Positions 26,475 to 36,600 of a DNA stretch of 64,000 nt are shown piece after piece. The position numbers and the translations under genes were made by a program. The notes under the pieces are model-generated. The model was not told the DNA's origin and ran no database searches. It saw only the letters and a list, made by a program, of their open reading frames with translations. Each line of letters opens with the position of its first letter. The first letter of the stretch is position 1. The DNA comes from Eubacteriales bacterium (GTDB lineage Bacteria > Bacillota > Clostridia > Oscillospirales > QAKW01), in the NCBI GenBank assembly GCA_045657265.1, contig JAZOSU010000010.1, forward strand, positions 3,706 to 67,705, read 5' to 3'.

Positions 26475-27402
26475 TGATTATCAGGAACACATGAATTTCA
26501 CTGTAAAGCAAAACGACTTAACACGTGTAGATAAGCTTATTTCACAGTGTTTACAGGATTTCACCCGTTCAAAGATATGTTCTTTTATTGATTCGGGCTA
26601 TGTTTTGGTTAACGGTGAAAAAACAGAGAAGAAATATAAAGTAAAGCTTGACGACGTTATTGATATTTATGTACCATATCCTCAAGAATACGAAGTTAAA
26701 GCCGAAAATATTGACCTTGATATAATTTTTGAGGATGACGATATAATTGTTGTTAATAAACCGAAAGGTATGGTTGTTCATCCTGCTCACGGCAATATGA
26801 ATGGCACTCTTGTTAACGCTCTTTTATGTCATTGTAAAGATAGTTTATCAGGTATTAACGGAATAATGAGACCGGGCATCGTTCATAGAATAGATAAAGA
26901 TACAAGCGGTTTACTTGTTGTGGCTAAAAATGATGTTGCTCATAATGCTCTTGCTCTTCAGTTTCATGATCATTCTATTGAAAGGGAATACAGAACTGTT
27001 GTTTTTGGATCTGTCAAAGAAGAACGCGGCACGGTAGATAAGCCCATTGGTAGACATCCTACTGATAGAAAAAAGATGTCTTGCAATGCCAATTCATCTA
27101 AAAGAGCTGTTACTCACTATGAAGTTATTGAACGATATAACGGTTTTACATATCTTAAATGTAATTTAGAAACAGGCAGAACTCATCAGATTAGAGTCCA
27201 TATGTCAAATATCGGTCATTTTGTTATAGGAGATATGGTGTATGGACGGAAAATAGATAAAATTAATGTTGATTTTGAAGGTCAATGTCTACATGCTAAA
27301 ACGCTTGGATTTATTCATCCTACAAAAGGGGAATTTTGCAGATTTGATAGTGAACTTCCTGAATATTTCGACAATATTCTTTCTAAAATTAATGGTATTT
27401 AA
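26467..27402 (+). CDS. rluD: RluA/RluD family 23S rRNA pseudouridine synthase
   Basis: S4 domain, NKPKGMVVHP, HRIDKDTSG (catalytic Asp), LETGRTHQIRVH. Confidence 0.9.
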   Translation: MIDDYQEHMNFTVKQNDLTRVDKLISQCLQDFTRSKICSFIDSGYVLVNGEKTEKKYKVKLDDVIDIYVPYPQEYEVKAENIDLDIIFEDDDIIVVNKPKGMVVHPAHGNMNGTLVNALLCHCKDSLSGINGIMRPGIVHRIDKDTSGLLVVAKNDVAHNALALQFHDHSIEREYRTVVFGSVKEERGTVDKPIGRHPTDRKKMSCNANSSKRAVTHYEVIERYNGFTYLKCNLETGRTHQIRVHMSNIGHFVIGDMVYGRKIDKINVDFEGQCLHAKTLGFIHPTKGEFCRFDSELPEYFDNILSKINGI

Positions 27403-27437
27403 ATAAGCTGCAATTTGTGGCTTATTTTTTATTTTTT
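27401..27437 (+). terminator. Probable intrinsic terminator after rluD
   Basis: AAATAAGCTGCA-att-TGTGGCTTATTT hairpin with G-U pairs, followed by T tracts. Confidence 0.65.
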
Positions 27438-27458
27438 ACATTAATTTTGCAATTGCTA

Positions 27459-27487
27459 TTTACAAATATATTATAATTTTATATTAT
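27459..27487 (+). promoter_or_regulatory. Putative sigma-A promoter of the pyrH operon
   Basis: TTTACA at 27459-27464, N17, TATTAT at 27482-27487. The region is very AT-rich, so alternatives exist. Confidence 0.45.
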
Positions 27488-27543
27488 TATATAGATAATG
27501 GAATTTTATAGTCAAAAACTAATATATTTAAAGGAGTAGTAAA

Positions 27544-28278
27544 ATGGCTGATAAACTTGCATACAAAAGAATTTTATTAAAATTAAGCGGAGAGGCTTTG
27601 TCCGGCTCAAAACCGACAGGCATTGATTTTGATTACGTTCTTGAAGTTTCAAAAACTATCAAGAAATGTGTTGATCTTGGTGCGCAGATTTCTATCGTTG
27701 TTGGTGGCGGCAACTATTGGAGAGGTCGTAGTAATCAGAATATGGACCGTACAAGAGCAGATCATATTGGTATGCTCGCTACTGCAATGAATGCTCTTAC
27801 ATTGCTTGACGGTCTTACTCAGGTTGGTGTTGATGCAAGAGTTCAAACTGCAATAGAAATGCGTCAGATTGCAGAACCTTATATTAGAAACAGAGCAGTC
27901 CGTCATCTTGAAAAAGGCAGAGTTGTTATTTTTGGATGCGGAACAGGTAATCCGTTCTTTTCAACAGATACTTGTGCAGCACTTCGTGCAGCTGAAATTG
28001 ATGCAGATATTATTTTTAAAGCTACTAATGTTGACGGCGTTTATACTGCCGACCCCAAAACTAATCCCGATGCTAAAAAATATCTCGAGCTTAGCTTTAT
28101 AGATGTTTTGAAAAACGAACTCAAGGTAATGGATATGCCTGCTGCTGCAATGTGCAACGACAATAATATCCCGATTTTAGTATTCGACCTTTCTGATCCC
28201 GAAAATATTATTCGAGCTCTTGAAGGTGAAAAAATAGGTACAATTGTTCATAAAGGAGGAACTACACATGTCAAATAA
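27544..28278 (+). CDS. pyrH: UMP kinase
   Basis: [42 protein letters not shown]. Confidence 0.97.
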   Translation: MADKLAYKRILLKLSGEALSGSKPTGIDFDYVLEVSKTIKKCVDLGAQISIVVGGGNYWRGRSNQNMDRTRADHIGMLATAMNALTLLDGLTQVGVDARVQTAIEMRQIAEPYIRNRAVRHLEKGRVVIFGCGTGNPFFSTDTCAALRAAEIDADIIFKATNVDGVYTADPKTNPDAKKYLELSFIDVLKNELKVMDMPAAAMCNDNNIPILVFDLSDPENIIRALEGEKIGTIVHKGGTTHVK

Positions 28279-28822
28279 ATATCCTGAAATTGACACAAAA
28301 ATGAATAAAGCGGTTGCTGTTTTGAATGAGCAGCTCCATACTGTAAGAGCTGGCAGAGCTAATCCTGCTGTTCTTGATAAAATAAGAGTTGAGTATTATG
28401 GCACACCTTCTAAAATTAATGAGGTTGCTGCTATTAGTGTTCCCGAACCGAGAATGCTTGTTATTCAGCCTTGGGATGCAAGTCTTATAAAAGAAATTGA
28501 AAAAGCTATACAAACTTCAGATATTGGTATTAATCCCGCAAACGATGGTAAAGTAATTCGTCTTCTTTTCCCGCAGCCTACTGAAGAACGTAGAAAAGAA
28601 CTTGTTAAAGAATCTAAAAAATACGGTGAAGATGCTAAAGTAGCTATCAGAAACATTAGACGTGATTTTATAGATAAATTTAAGAAAATGCAGAAAAATA
28701 ATGAAATTACTGAAGATGATTTGAAGAACTCTGAAACAGATATTCAGAAAATGACTGATAATTTTATTAAAGAAATCGATGCTATTATTTCAGATAAAGA
28801 AAAGGAAATAATGGCTGTTTAA
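28268..28822 (+). CDS. frr: Ribosome recycling factor
   Basis: [41 protein letters not shown] at 28268 follows AAGGAGG. Confidence 0.97.
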   Translation: MSNKYPEIDTKMNKAVAVLNEQLHTVRAGRANPAVLDKIRVEYYGTPSKINEVAAISVPEPRMLVIQPWDASLIKEIEKAIQTSDIGINPANDGKVIRLLFPQPTEERRKELVKESKKYGEDAKVAIRNIRRDFIDKFKKMQKNNEITEDDLKNSETDIQKMTDNFIKEIDAIISDKEKEIMAV

Positions 28823-28835
28823 GGAGTATTAATTT

Positions 28836-29573
28836 ATGCCTGTTTTGAATAAACAGTTTAATAAAGCTGACCGTAGTTGTCTTCCAAACCATGTAGGTAT
28901 AATTATGGATGGTAATGGTCGTTGGGCGAAAAAACGTGGTCTTCCGAGAACGGCAGGCCATGCTGTTGGTGTTAAAGTTTTCAAAAAAATAGTATACTAT
29001 GCAAAAGATATGGGTATAAAAAATCTTACCGCGTATGCATTTTCTACAGAAAATTGGAAACGGCCAAAAGAAGAAGTTGATGTAATTATGTCACTTCTTG
29101 ACCAACTTATTGATGAGTCTATTAACGAACTTTTAGATCTTAAAGTCCGAATTCGTTTTTTGGGTGAGAGAACTAATATCAGTGAAGCATTACTTAAAAA
29201 AATTGACTACGTAACAGAAATATCAAAAGAATATACTGATACAACTCTTAATATTGCCTTGAATTACGGTGGACAGCAAGAAATTGTAAAAGCTGTTAAA
29301 AGCATTTCAAATAAATTAAAAAACGGCGAAATTACCGAAGAGGAAATCACTACAGAACTTATCGGTAAAAATTTATTTTTTGATGACTTGGATGCGGTTG
29401 ATTTAATTATCAGACCAAGCGGCGAATTCAGATTATCAAACTTTTTACTTTGGCAGTCAGCTTATTCTGAATTCTGGTTTTCAGATGTTCTTTGGCCCGA
29501 TTTTAAACCTGAACATTTAGAACAGGCTATTTATGATTTTCAAAAAAGAAACAGGAGGTTTGGCGGATTATGA
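28836..29573 (+). CDS. uppS: Undecaprenyl diphosphate synthase
   Basis: HVGIIMDGNGRWA, AFSTENWKRP, IRPSGEFRLSNFLLWQ, RRFGG. Confidence 0.97.
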   Translation: MPVLNKQFNKADRSCLPNHVGIIMDGNGRWAKKRGLPRTAGHAVGVKVFKKIVYYAKDMGIKNLTAYAFSTENWKRPKEEVDVIMSLLDQLIDESINELLDLKVRIRFLGERTNISEALLKKIDYVTEISKEYTDTTLNIALNYGGQQEIVKAVKSISNKLKNGEITEEEITTELIGKNLFFDDLDAVDLIIRPSGEFRLSNFLLWQSAYSEFWFSDVLWPDFKPEHLEQAIYDFQKRNRRFGGL

Positions 29574-30418
29574 TTAAGAGTTTTTTAACTCGTTTATTCA
29601 CTTCTTGTTTTATATTAATTATTTTTGCGGTTATCGTTGCTGCTTCATTTTTTGATTATGTATTTGAATTAACTATTTCTTTGCTTTCTGTTATGTGTGT
29701 TTATGAAGCTATAAATGCTATCGGCTTTTCTAAGAAGAAAACTATTTTGGTTTCTTCTATGGCCTACGCCTTGTTAGTACCGCTTTCTTTCACATTAACA
29801 GAAAAAATAGGAAAAAGTCCCTATTATTTGGTTATAGTTTTAACATTTTTGTTTCTTATCAGTTTCATAAGTGTTGCTATGATTAACTATGAACTGGTTA
29901 AATTCAATGATGCGGCAACTATTACATTTGCTTCTTTGGTTATAACGTGCTTTTTATCAAACATAATATTACTAAGACGTATACCGCAACATGGCTTGTT
30001 CTTAATGATACTTGCTATTGTATGTTTTTCTTGGTGTACAGACATTTTTGCGTATCTTGTAGGTATGTGTATAGGTAAACATAAATTTGCACCAAATATC
30101 AGTCCGAAGAAAACTATTGAAGGGTCAATAGGCGGTATGCTGTTTTCTATTGTGGCTTCTGTTATTGCTTTTATTATTTATGAAAAGCTTACAGGATGTG
30201 TAATTAATTATCCCCTTGGTATTTTTTACGCTTTCTTATGTTCTATAATAGGACAGATAGGCGATCTTTCGTTTTCTTATATTAAAAGAAGTTACGGAAT
30301 AAAGGATTTTGGTAAAATCCTTCCCGGACACGGCGGAGTTCTTGACAGACTTGATAGTCTTATTTTCCTTTGTCCGTTCCTTTATATGCTTACTACTTTT
30401 TATAACTTTATAAGTTAG
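29570..30418 (+). CDS. cdsA: Phosphatidate cytidylyltransferase
   Basis: Multi-TM protein; ISPKKTIEG, GDLSFSYIKR, IKDFGKILPGHGGVLDRLDS. Confidence 0.95.
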   Translation: MIKSFLTRLFTSCFILIIFAVIVAASFFDYVFELTISLLSVMCVYEAINAIGFSKKKTILVSSMAYALLVPLSFTLTEKIGKSPYYLVIVLTFLFLISFISVAMINYELVKFNDAATITFASLVITCFLSNIILLRRIPQHGLFLMILAIVCFSWCTDIFAYLVGMCIGKHKFAPNISPKKTIEGSIGGMLFSIVASVIAFIIYEKLTGCVINYPLGIFYAFLCSIIGQIGDLSFSYIKRSYGIKDFGKILPGHGGVLDRLDSLIFLCPFLYMLTTFYNFIS

Positions 30419-30427
30419 GGTTTTATT

Positions 30428-31567
30428 ATGATTTCTATTTCGATACTTGGGTCTACAGGTTCTATAGGAACGCAGACTCTGAATGTTTGCAGAGATCTGG
30501 ATATAAAAGTTGATGCAATTTCTGCGTTTTCAAATATTGATTTACTTGAAAAACAAGCAAGGGAGTTTGACGTTAAATTAGTTGGTGTTTACGACAAGGC
30601 GAAAGCTTATGAACTTCGTAAAAGACTTTCTGATACTGATATCAAGGTTGTTCCTGGAGAAGAAGGTAATATCGCAGTTGCAACTTATGAAACATCAGAT
30701 ACCGTTGTTACTGCTATGTCAGGTATGATTGGTCTTGTACCTACAATATCGGCAATAAAAGCTAAAAAAAGAATTGCGCTTGCAAATAAGGAAACTCTCG
30801 TTTGCGCAGGTCATATTATTATGGATCTTGCCAAAGAATACGGAGTTGATATTTTGCCTGTCGATTCTGAACATAGCGCAATATTTCAGTGTCTTAACGG
30901 CAAACAAGATAATAAAATCAAAAAAATTATTTTAACAGCATCTGGCGGTCCTTTTTTTGGTAAAACAATTGAACAGCTGTCTGACATAAAAAAAGAAGAT
31001 GCACTTAAACATCCGAACTGGTCAATGGGAAATAAGATTACCATTGATAGTGCTACTTTAATGAACAAGGGTCTTGAAATGATTGAGGCTAAATGGTTGT
31101 TTGATGTGAGTCTTGATGATATTGAAGTTGTTATTCATAGGGAAAGTATTGTTCATTCAGCTGTGGAATTTGAAGATGATTCCGTTATAGCTCAACTTGG
31201 CGTTCCACAAATGTATTTGCCTATTAAATATGCTTTGACTTATCCTCAGAGAGTTTCGAGCGGTAATCATAATCTTTCCTTGTTTGGTAAAAACTTGTCT
31301 TTTTTTGAACCTGACAGAAAAGTGTTTAAAGCGTTGGATATTTGCATTAAAGCTTCAAAAATGGGCGGATTGTATCCGACAGTGATGAATTCAGCAAATG
31401 AAGAGGCAGTCGGATTATTTTTGAAAGATAAAATAAAGTTTACCGAAATTACTGATTTTGTTGACAAAGCATTGGATGAGATAAAACCTGATTTTGATAT
31501 TTTCAGCGTTGATTCAATTTTAAAAACTGATAAAATTACCCGCGAGTTTATCAATGATTTAATTTAG
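30428..31567 (+). CDS. dxr: 1-deoxy-D-xylulose 5-phosphate reductoisomerase
   Basis: LGSTGSIG, LANKETLV, PVDSEHSAIFQ, HPNWSMG.KITIDSAT. Confidence 0.97.
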   Translation: MISISILGSTGSIGTQTLNVCRDLDIKVDAISAFSNIDLLEKQAREFDVKLVGVYDKAKAYELRKRLSDTDIKVVPGEEGNIAVATYETSDTVVTAMSGMIGLVPTISAIKAKKRIALANKETLVCAGHIIMDLAKEYGVDILPVDSEHSAIFQCLNGKQDNKIKKIILTASGGPFFGKTIEQLSDIKKEDALKHPNWSMGNKITIDSATLMNKGLEMIEAKWLFDVSLDDIEVVIHRESIVHSAVEFEDDSVIAQLGVPQMYLPIKYALTYPQRVSSGNHNLSLFGKNLSFFEPDRKVFKALDICIKASKMGGLYPTVMNSANEEAVGLFLKDKIKFTEITDFVDKALDEIKPDFDIFSVDSILKTDKITREFINDLI

Positions 31568-31574
31568 GAGTAAT

Positions 31575-32603
31575 ATGCAAACATTTATAAATATTTTAGT
31601 TACTGTTCTTGTGTTTGGATTTCTTATCCTTGCACATGAAGCCGGTCATTTTTTTATGGCTAAGCTTTTCAAAGTTAAAGTTAATGAATTTGCGATTGGT
31701 ATGGGCCCTGCTATTTTTAAAAAGCAGGGCAAGTCTACTTTATACAGTATAAGAGCATTGCCTATTGGCGGTTATGTACAGATGGATGGGGAAGACGGTA
31801 ACGGTGAATCTGAACATTCATTTAATAAGAAAGCTTACTGGAAACGTTTTCTTATACTTGTAACCGGTGCGCTTATGAATATTTTCTTGGGCTTTGTTTT
31901 AATTTGTATTGTTAACTCTCAAGTTAAAAATTTGCCTACAACTGTCGTCGGAGCTTTTTTGGAAGATTCTACATCAAATTTATCCGGACTTCAGGTTGAT
32001 GATGAAATTATAAAAATTAATAAGTATGGCATTAATAGTTATTTAGATATTTCGTATGCTCTCTCAACTGCAGGAACTGATCCTGTTGATGTTCTTGTGG
32101 TCAGAGATGGTAATGAACAAATTCTGAAAGATGTTGTTTTTCCAATTGAAAAAGATGAAAATATTGGTGAATATTTAACAGTTGATTTTCAGGTGTATGG
32201 CGAAAAACGTTCTTTTATAAGTACAATTAAATATTCTTTTGAATGGACCATCTCTATTTCTAAATCAATTTATTCGTTTTTTGGTTCTCTTTTTACAGGA
32301 AAAGCGGATGTTTCTCAGGTTTCAGGACCTGTTGGTACTACTGTTGCCATAGGTGAAAGTGTTAAGTATGGTCTTGATTCATTACTTCTTATTGTTGCAT
32401 TGATTTCTATAAATTTAGGAATTGTTAATTTATTGCCGTTTCCTGCGCTTGATGGTGGAAGAACGCTTTTACTTGCCGTTGAAGCTATAAGACGTAAACC
32501 ACTTGGAGAAAAGGTTGAAGTTGCTATCAACGCGGTCGGTATGATTATTTTGTTTGGTCTTATGATTATTGTTTCCATTAAGGATGTATTTAATTTGTTT
32601 TGA
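31575..32603 (+). CDS. rseP: Site-2 intramembrane zinc metalloprotease RseP/RasP
   Basis: HEAGH, FAIGMGP, PIGGYV, PDZ-like segment, NLLPFPALDGG. Confidence 0.94.
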   Translation: MQTFINILVTVLVFGFLILAHEAGHFFMAKLFKVKVNEFAIGMGPAIFKKQGKSTLYSIRALPIGGYVQMDGEDGNGESEHSFNKKAYWKRFLILVTGALMNIFLGFVLICIVNSQVKNLPTTVVGAFLEDSTSNLSGLQVDDEIIKINKYGINSYLDISYALSTAGTDPVDVLVVRDGNEQILKDVVFPIEKDENIGEYLTVDFQVYGEKRSFISTIKYSFEWTISISKSIYSFFGSLFTGKADVSQVSGPVGTTVAIGESVKYGLDSLLLIVALISINLGIVNLLPFPALDGGRTLLLAVEAIRRKPLGEKVEVAINAVGMIILFGLMIIVSIKDVFNLF

Positions 32604-32614
32604 GGTAACTTGAT

Positions 32615-33652
32615 TTGATTAAAAAAGTTAAAGTTGGAAATTTAATACTTGGTGATAAAAAAGAAATTTATGTTCAGTCAATGTTATCTACGCGGCGTGA
32701 TGATGTTGATGGTGGTGTCAGACAGGCATTGGCGTTGGAAAAAGCGGGTTGTAAAATCATCAGACTTGCTATACCTGATGTTAAATCAGTTGAAACAATA
32801 TACGCTTTGAAACAAAACGTTAAAATACCTGTTGTTGCCGACATACATTTTGATTATAAATTAGCTTTGGAAGCTGTAGCTGCAGGCATAGATAAAATCC
32901 GAATAAATCCCGGAAATATCGGCAGTGATGACAAGGTTAAAAAGGTAGCTGACACTTGTAAAAATGCTGGTGTTCCTATACGTATCGGTGTAAACGGCGG
33001 TTCTTTGGAAAAGAACATTCTTGCAAAATATGGTTCTGCTTGCGCAGATGCTTTGGTCGAAAGCGCTCTCTATCACGTTTCACTTTTGGAAAAATTTGAT
33101 TTTGATGATATTATTATTTCTATAAAATCATCGGATGTACACACAATGGTTGATGGATATCGAAAATTGTCAAAGTCTTGTAATTATCCACTTCATCTCG
33201 GTGTTACAGAGGCAGGAACATTACATATGGGTGTTTTAAAAAATGCTATCGGGATCGGCTCACTTTTGTTAGACGGTATTGGTGATACGTTAAGGGTTTC
33301 TCTTACTGCTGATCCGATTAAAGAAGTAGAAGCTGGATATGACATTTTGTCAGCTCTTGGAATGGCTGAAAACAGAATTAAATTTGTGTCTTGTCCTACT
33401 TGTGGCAGATGTCAGATAAATTTGATTCCCCTTGCAGAAAAAATAGAAAATGCTTTAAAAAATGTTAATAAAAACTTAAAAGTCGCAGTTATGGGCTGTG
33501 CAGTCAATGGACCTGGTGAGGCAAGAGATGCTGATATCGGTATTGCAGGCGGCAAAGATGAGGGCTTAATTTTTATTAAAGGTGAAATAATAAAAAAAGT
33601 ACCTTACGATGTATTGTTTGATGAATTTATGAAAGAAATAGACAAAATGTAG
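32615..33652 (+). CDS. ispG: HMBPP synthase (flavodoxin/ferredoxin-dependent)
   Basis: VADIHFD, RINPGNIG, HLGVTEAG, SCPTCGR, MGCAVNGPGEA. Confidence 0.97.
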   Translation: MIKKVKVGNLILGDKKEIYVQSMLSTRRDDVDGGVRQALALEKAGCKIIRLAIPDVKSVETIYALKQNVKIPVVADIHFDYKLALEAVAAGIDKIRINPGNIGSDDKVKKVADTCKNAGVPIRIGVNGGSLEKNILAKYGSACADALVESALYHVSLLEKFDFDDIIISIKSSDVHTMVDGYRKLSKSCNYPLHLGVTEAGTLHMGVLKNAIGIGSLLLDGIGDTLRVSLTADPIKEVEAGYDILSALGMAENRIKFVSCPTCGRCQINLIPLAEKIENALKNVNKNLKVAVMGCAVNGPGEARDADIGIAGGKDEGLIFIKGEIIKKVPYDVLFDEFMKEIDKM

Positions 33653-33661
33653 GTTGTATAA

Positions 33662-36600
33662 ATGGCTGATAAGAAATTACTTGATCTTTTTAATAAATGT
33701 TCTTTTGATGAACAACTTAATAATATTTTTTCAGATGCTGTTGTAACTCGTGTTGCTGCTAACAGGGAACACCGTGCATTGAAGGTTGAAATTATTTTAA
33801 ATAATTATATTTCTCACAAACAGTATTCTGAATTTATTAATTTGGTAAAAGAAATATATAATTTAAATATTTTTGAGGCTAATTATAAATACAATGGAAT
33901 AGATTTTTCTTTGGATTATTGGAATGATATTGTAGATGATCTTAAAATATTGAAACCGGGCTCTAATGGTTTTTTAACTGGTTCAAAGCCAAAACTGGAA
34001 CAAAATTCCCTTGTTGTTTCGTTAACTCACGGTGGAAAAATATTGCTTGATGATTTAGGTGTAGCAATGTTTTTGACAAGTCTTATTAATAATCGTTTTT
34101 CTGCTAATTTGAAAGTTAGTTTTGATGAGTCTGAAACTAAAATATCAGGTCCGGGAAATGATTTTTATGTAAGCGAAAATATTCCACTTCCCGAAGCTCC
34201 TCCTGTAGCTCGTGAAGTCAAGCAAGAAACTGCGCCAAAATCAGATAATTTTTACAGAAAACCTTCTTATAAAGGACCGCTTGTAGTTACAACTCCGTTT
34301 GAGGTTACAGACGAAATGATTTTGGGCACCAAACTCAGTAATAATTTTGCTGTAATCAGTGAAAATACTGACAGCGATATTAACAATATAACTATTGTAG
34401 GTGAAGTGTTTAAATACGATTCAAAACCTACTTTTGATAATTCTAAAAAACGTTGTTTTATTTATCTATACGATACAACCGGATCTATAATTGTTAAAGT
34501 TACTTTGCCTTTAGAAAAAGCGGAAGAAATAGAAAGTAATTTTAAACCCGGTAAATGTCTTGCTGTATCTGGCGGTATTTCATATGATAAATATGAAGAA
34601 GATTACGTGTTTAATCCTAAAGCTATAGCTTTGGCTAAAAATAAGAAAAAACAGGATTTGGCTCAGACCAAGCGTGTCGAACTCCATCTTCACAGTAATA
34701 TGTCAGCGATGGATGCTACAAACGATATTGGAGATTTTGTTAAAACTGCGGCAGCGTGGGGCCATAAGGCTATTGCGATTACTGACCACGGAAGTCTTCA
34801 GGGGTATCCGTCAGCTCAGGCAGCTGCGTCTGATAACGGCATAAAAATGATTTATGGTGTTGAAGGTTATCTTGTTGATGATTGCTTGTTCGATGAATAT
34901 ATCGTTTTTGATATAGAAACAACAGGTCTAAAATGTTCTGTTGAAAAAATCACCGAAATCGGCGCTTGTAAAGTCAGAGATGGTAAGGTGATTGACAAAT
35001 TCCAAACATTTGTTAATCCCGAAAAACACATTCCCGAAGAAATAACACAGCTTACCGGTATTACTGATGATATGGTTAAAGATGCACCGAAAATTGCTGA
35101 AGCATTAGGTGAATTTATATCTTTTTGTGGAAATAATCCTACACTTGTTGCGCATAATTCCAAATTTGACTGTTCATTCATTTCTGCAGCTTGTGATTTA
35201 TGCGGAATTAATTTTGAATATAAACAAATAGACACTGTACCACTTTGCAGAGAAGCATTTCCTGATCTTCAGAAAGTTAAACTTAATATTGTAGCAGAAT
35301 ATCTTGGCTTTACAGATTTTAATCATCATAGAGCAATTGATGATGCAATTATGCTTTCTAAGATTTTTTCTGTTTTACTTTCCAAAGGTGTTGTTAAAAC
35401 AAAGGGAAAAGCATATGTTAACCCTGATTTTAATTTTAAATCAAAAGATGCAGAGCGTTATCATATAATTATACTTGTTAAGAATAAACAAGGCCTTAAA
35501 AACTTATACGAACTTGTTACTTATTCAGAAATAAACCATTTTTATCGCAAACCTTTAATGTACAGAAGCGAGATAGAAAGGCTCAGAGAAGGTTTGATTA
35601 TCGGAAGTGCATGTGAAGCAGGAGAACTTTACAGAGCTATTCTTGCAGGTAAATCAGATGAAGAATGTCTTGATATAGCAAGTTTTTACGATGTTCTTGA
35701 AATTCAACCGCTTGGTAATAATGCTTATCTCGTAAGAGATGGTTACGTGCAAAGTGAACTCGATCTTCAAAGAATTAACATTAAAATAATAAATCTTGCT
35801 GATAAACTTGGAGTTCCTGTTGTGGCAACCGGTGACGTGCACTTTTTGAAAAAAGAAGATGAATGTTTCAGAAGAATTCTTATGGCGGGTCAAGGTTTTA
35901 CCGATGCGGATTCTCAACCTCCTCTTTATTTTAGAACTACAAATGAAATGCTCGAAGAATTTTCATATCTGAGTCCGGAAGATGCAAAAAGAGTGGTTGT
36001 TGATAATCCAAATCTTATTGCTGATATGGTTGAAGAAATTCAGCCTATTCCTGTAGGAATGCATGCGCCTGAACTTGAGGGTTGTGAGCAGGAACTTCGA
36101 GATATTGCGATGAATAATTGCAAGAATATATATGGTGATCCTATTCCTGAATATGTTGAAAAACGCTTAGTCAGAGAACTTGATTCTATTATCAATAACG
36201 GCTATTCAGTTATGTACATGATAGCTCAGAAACTCGTTAAAAAATCTAACGATGATGGATTTTCTGTAGGATCAAGAGGATCTGTTGGTTCTTCATTTGT
36301 AGCTTCAATGGTTGGTATTTCTGAGGTTAATCCTCTCGTTCCTCACTATATCTGCAACAAATGTAAATATAGTGAATTTATTCACGATGGATCTGTTGGT
36401 TCAGGGTTTGACCTTGATGATAAAAACTGTCCCGTATGTGGAGAAAAACTGCGTACTGACGGACATGATATTCCTTTTGAAACATTCCTTGGTTTCAAAG
36501 GAGATAAAGTTCCTGATATTGACCTTAACTTTTCCGGTATATATCAGGCAAAAGCTCATAAATACGTTGAAGAACTTTTTGGTGAAGGCTATGTTTTCAA

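Noticed and set aside
14441-33652. Possible Arg-codon reassignment (CGG, CGA, AGG), as reported in some low-GC Firmicutes
   Set aside because: These codons fall at conserved Arg positions: CGG in UppS ENWKRP and MiaB RGRERSR, AGG in UppS RRFGG, CGA in IspG KIRINP. The standard code fits.
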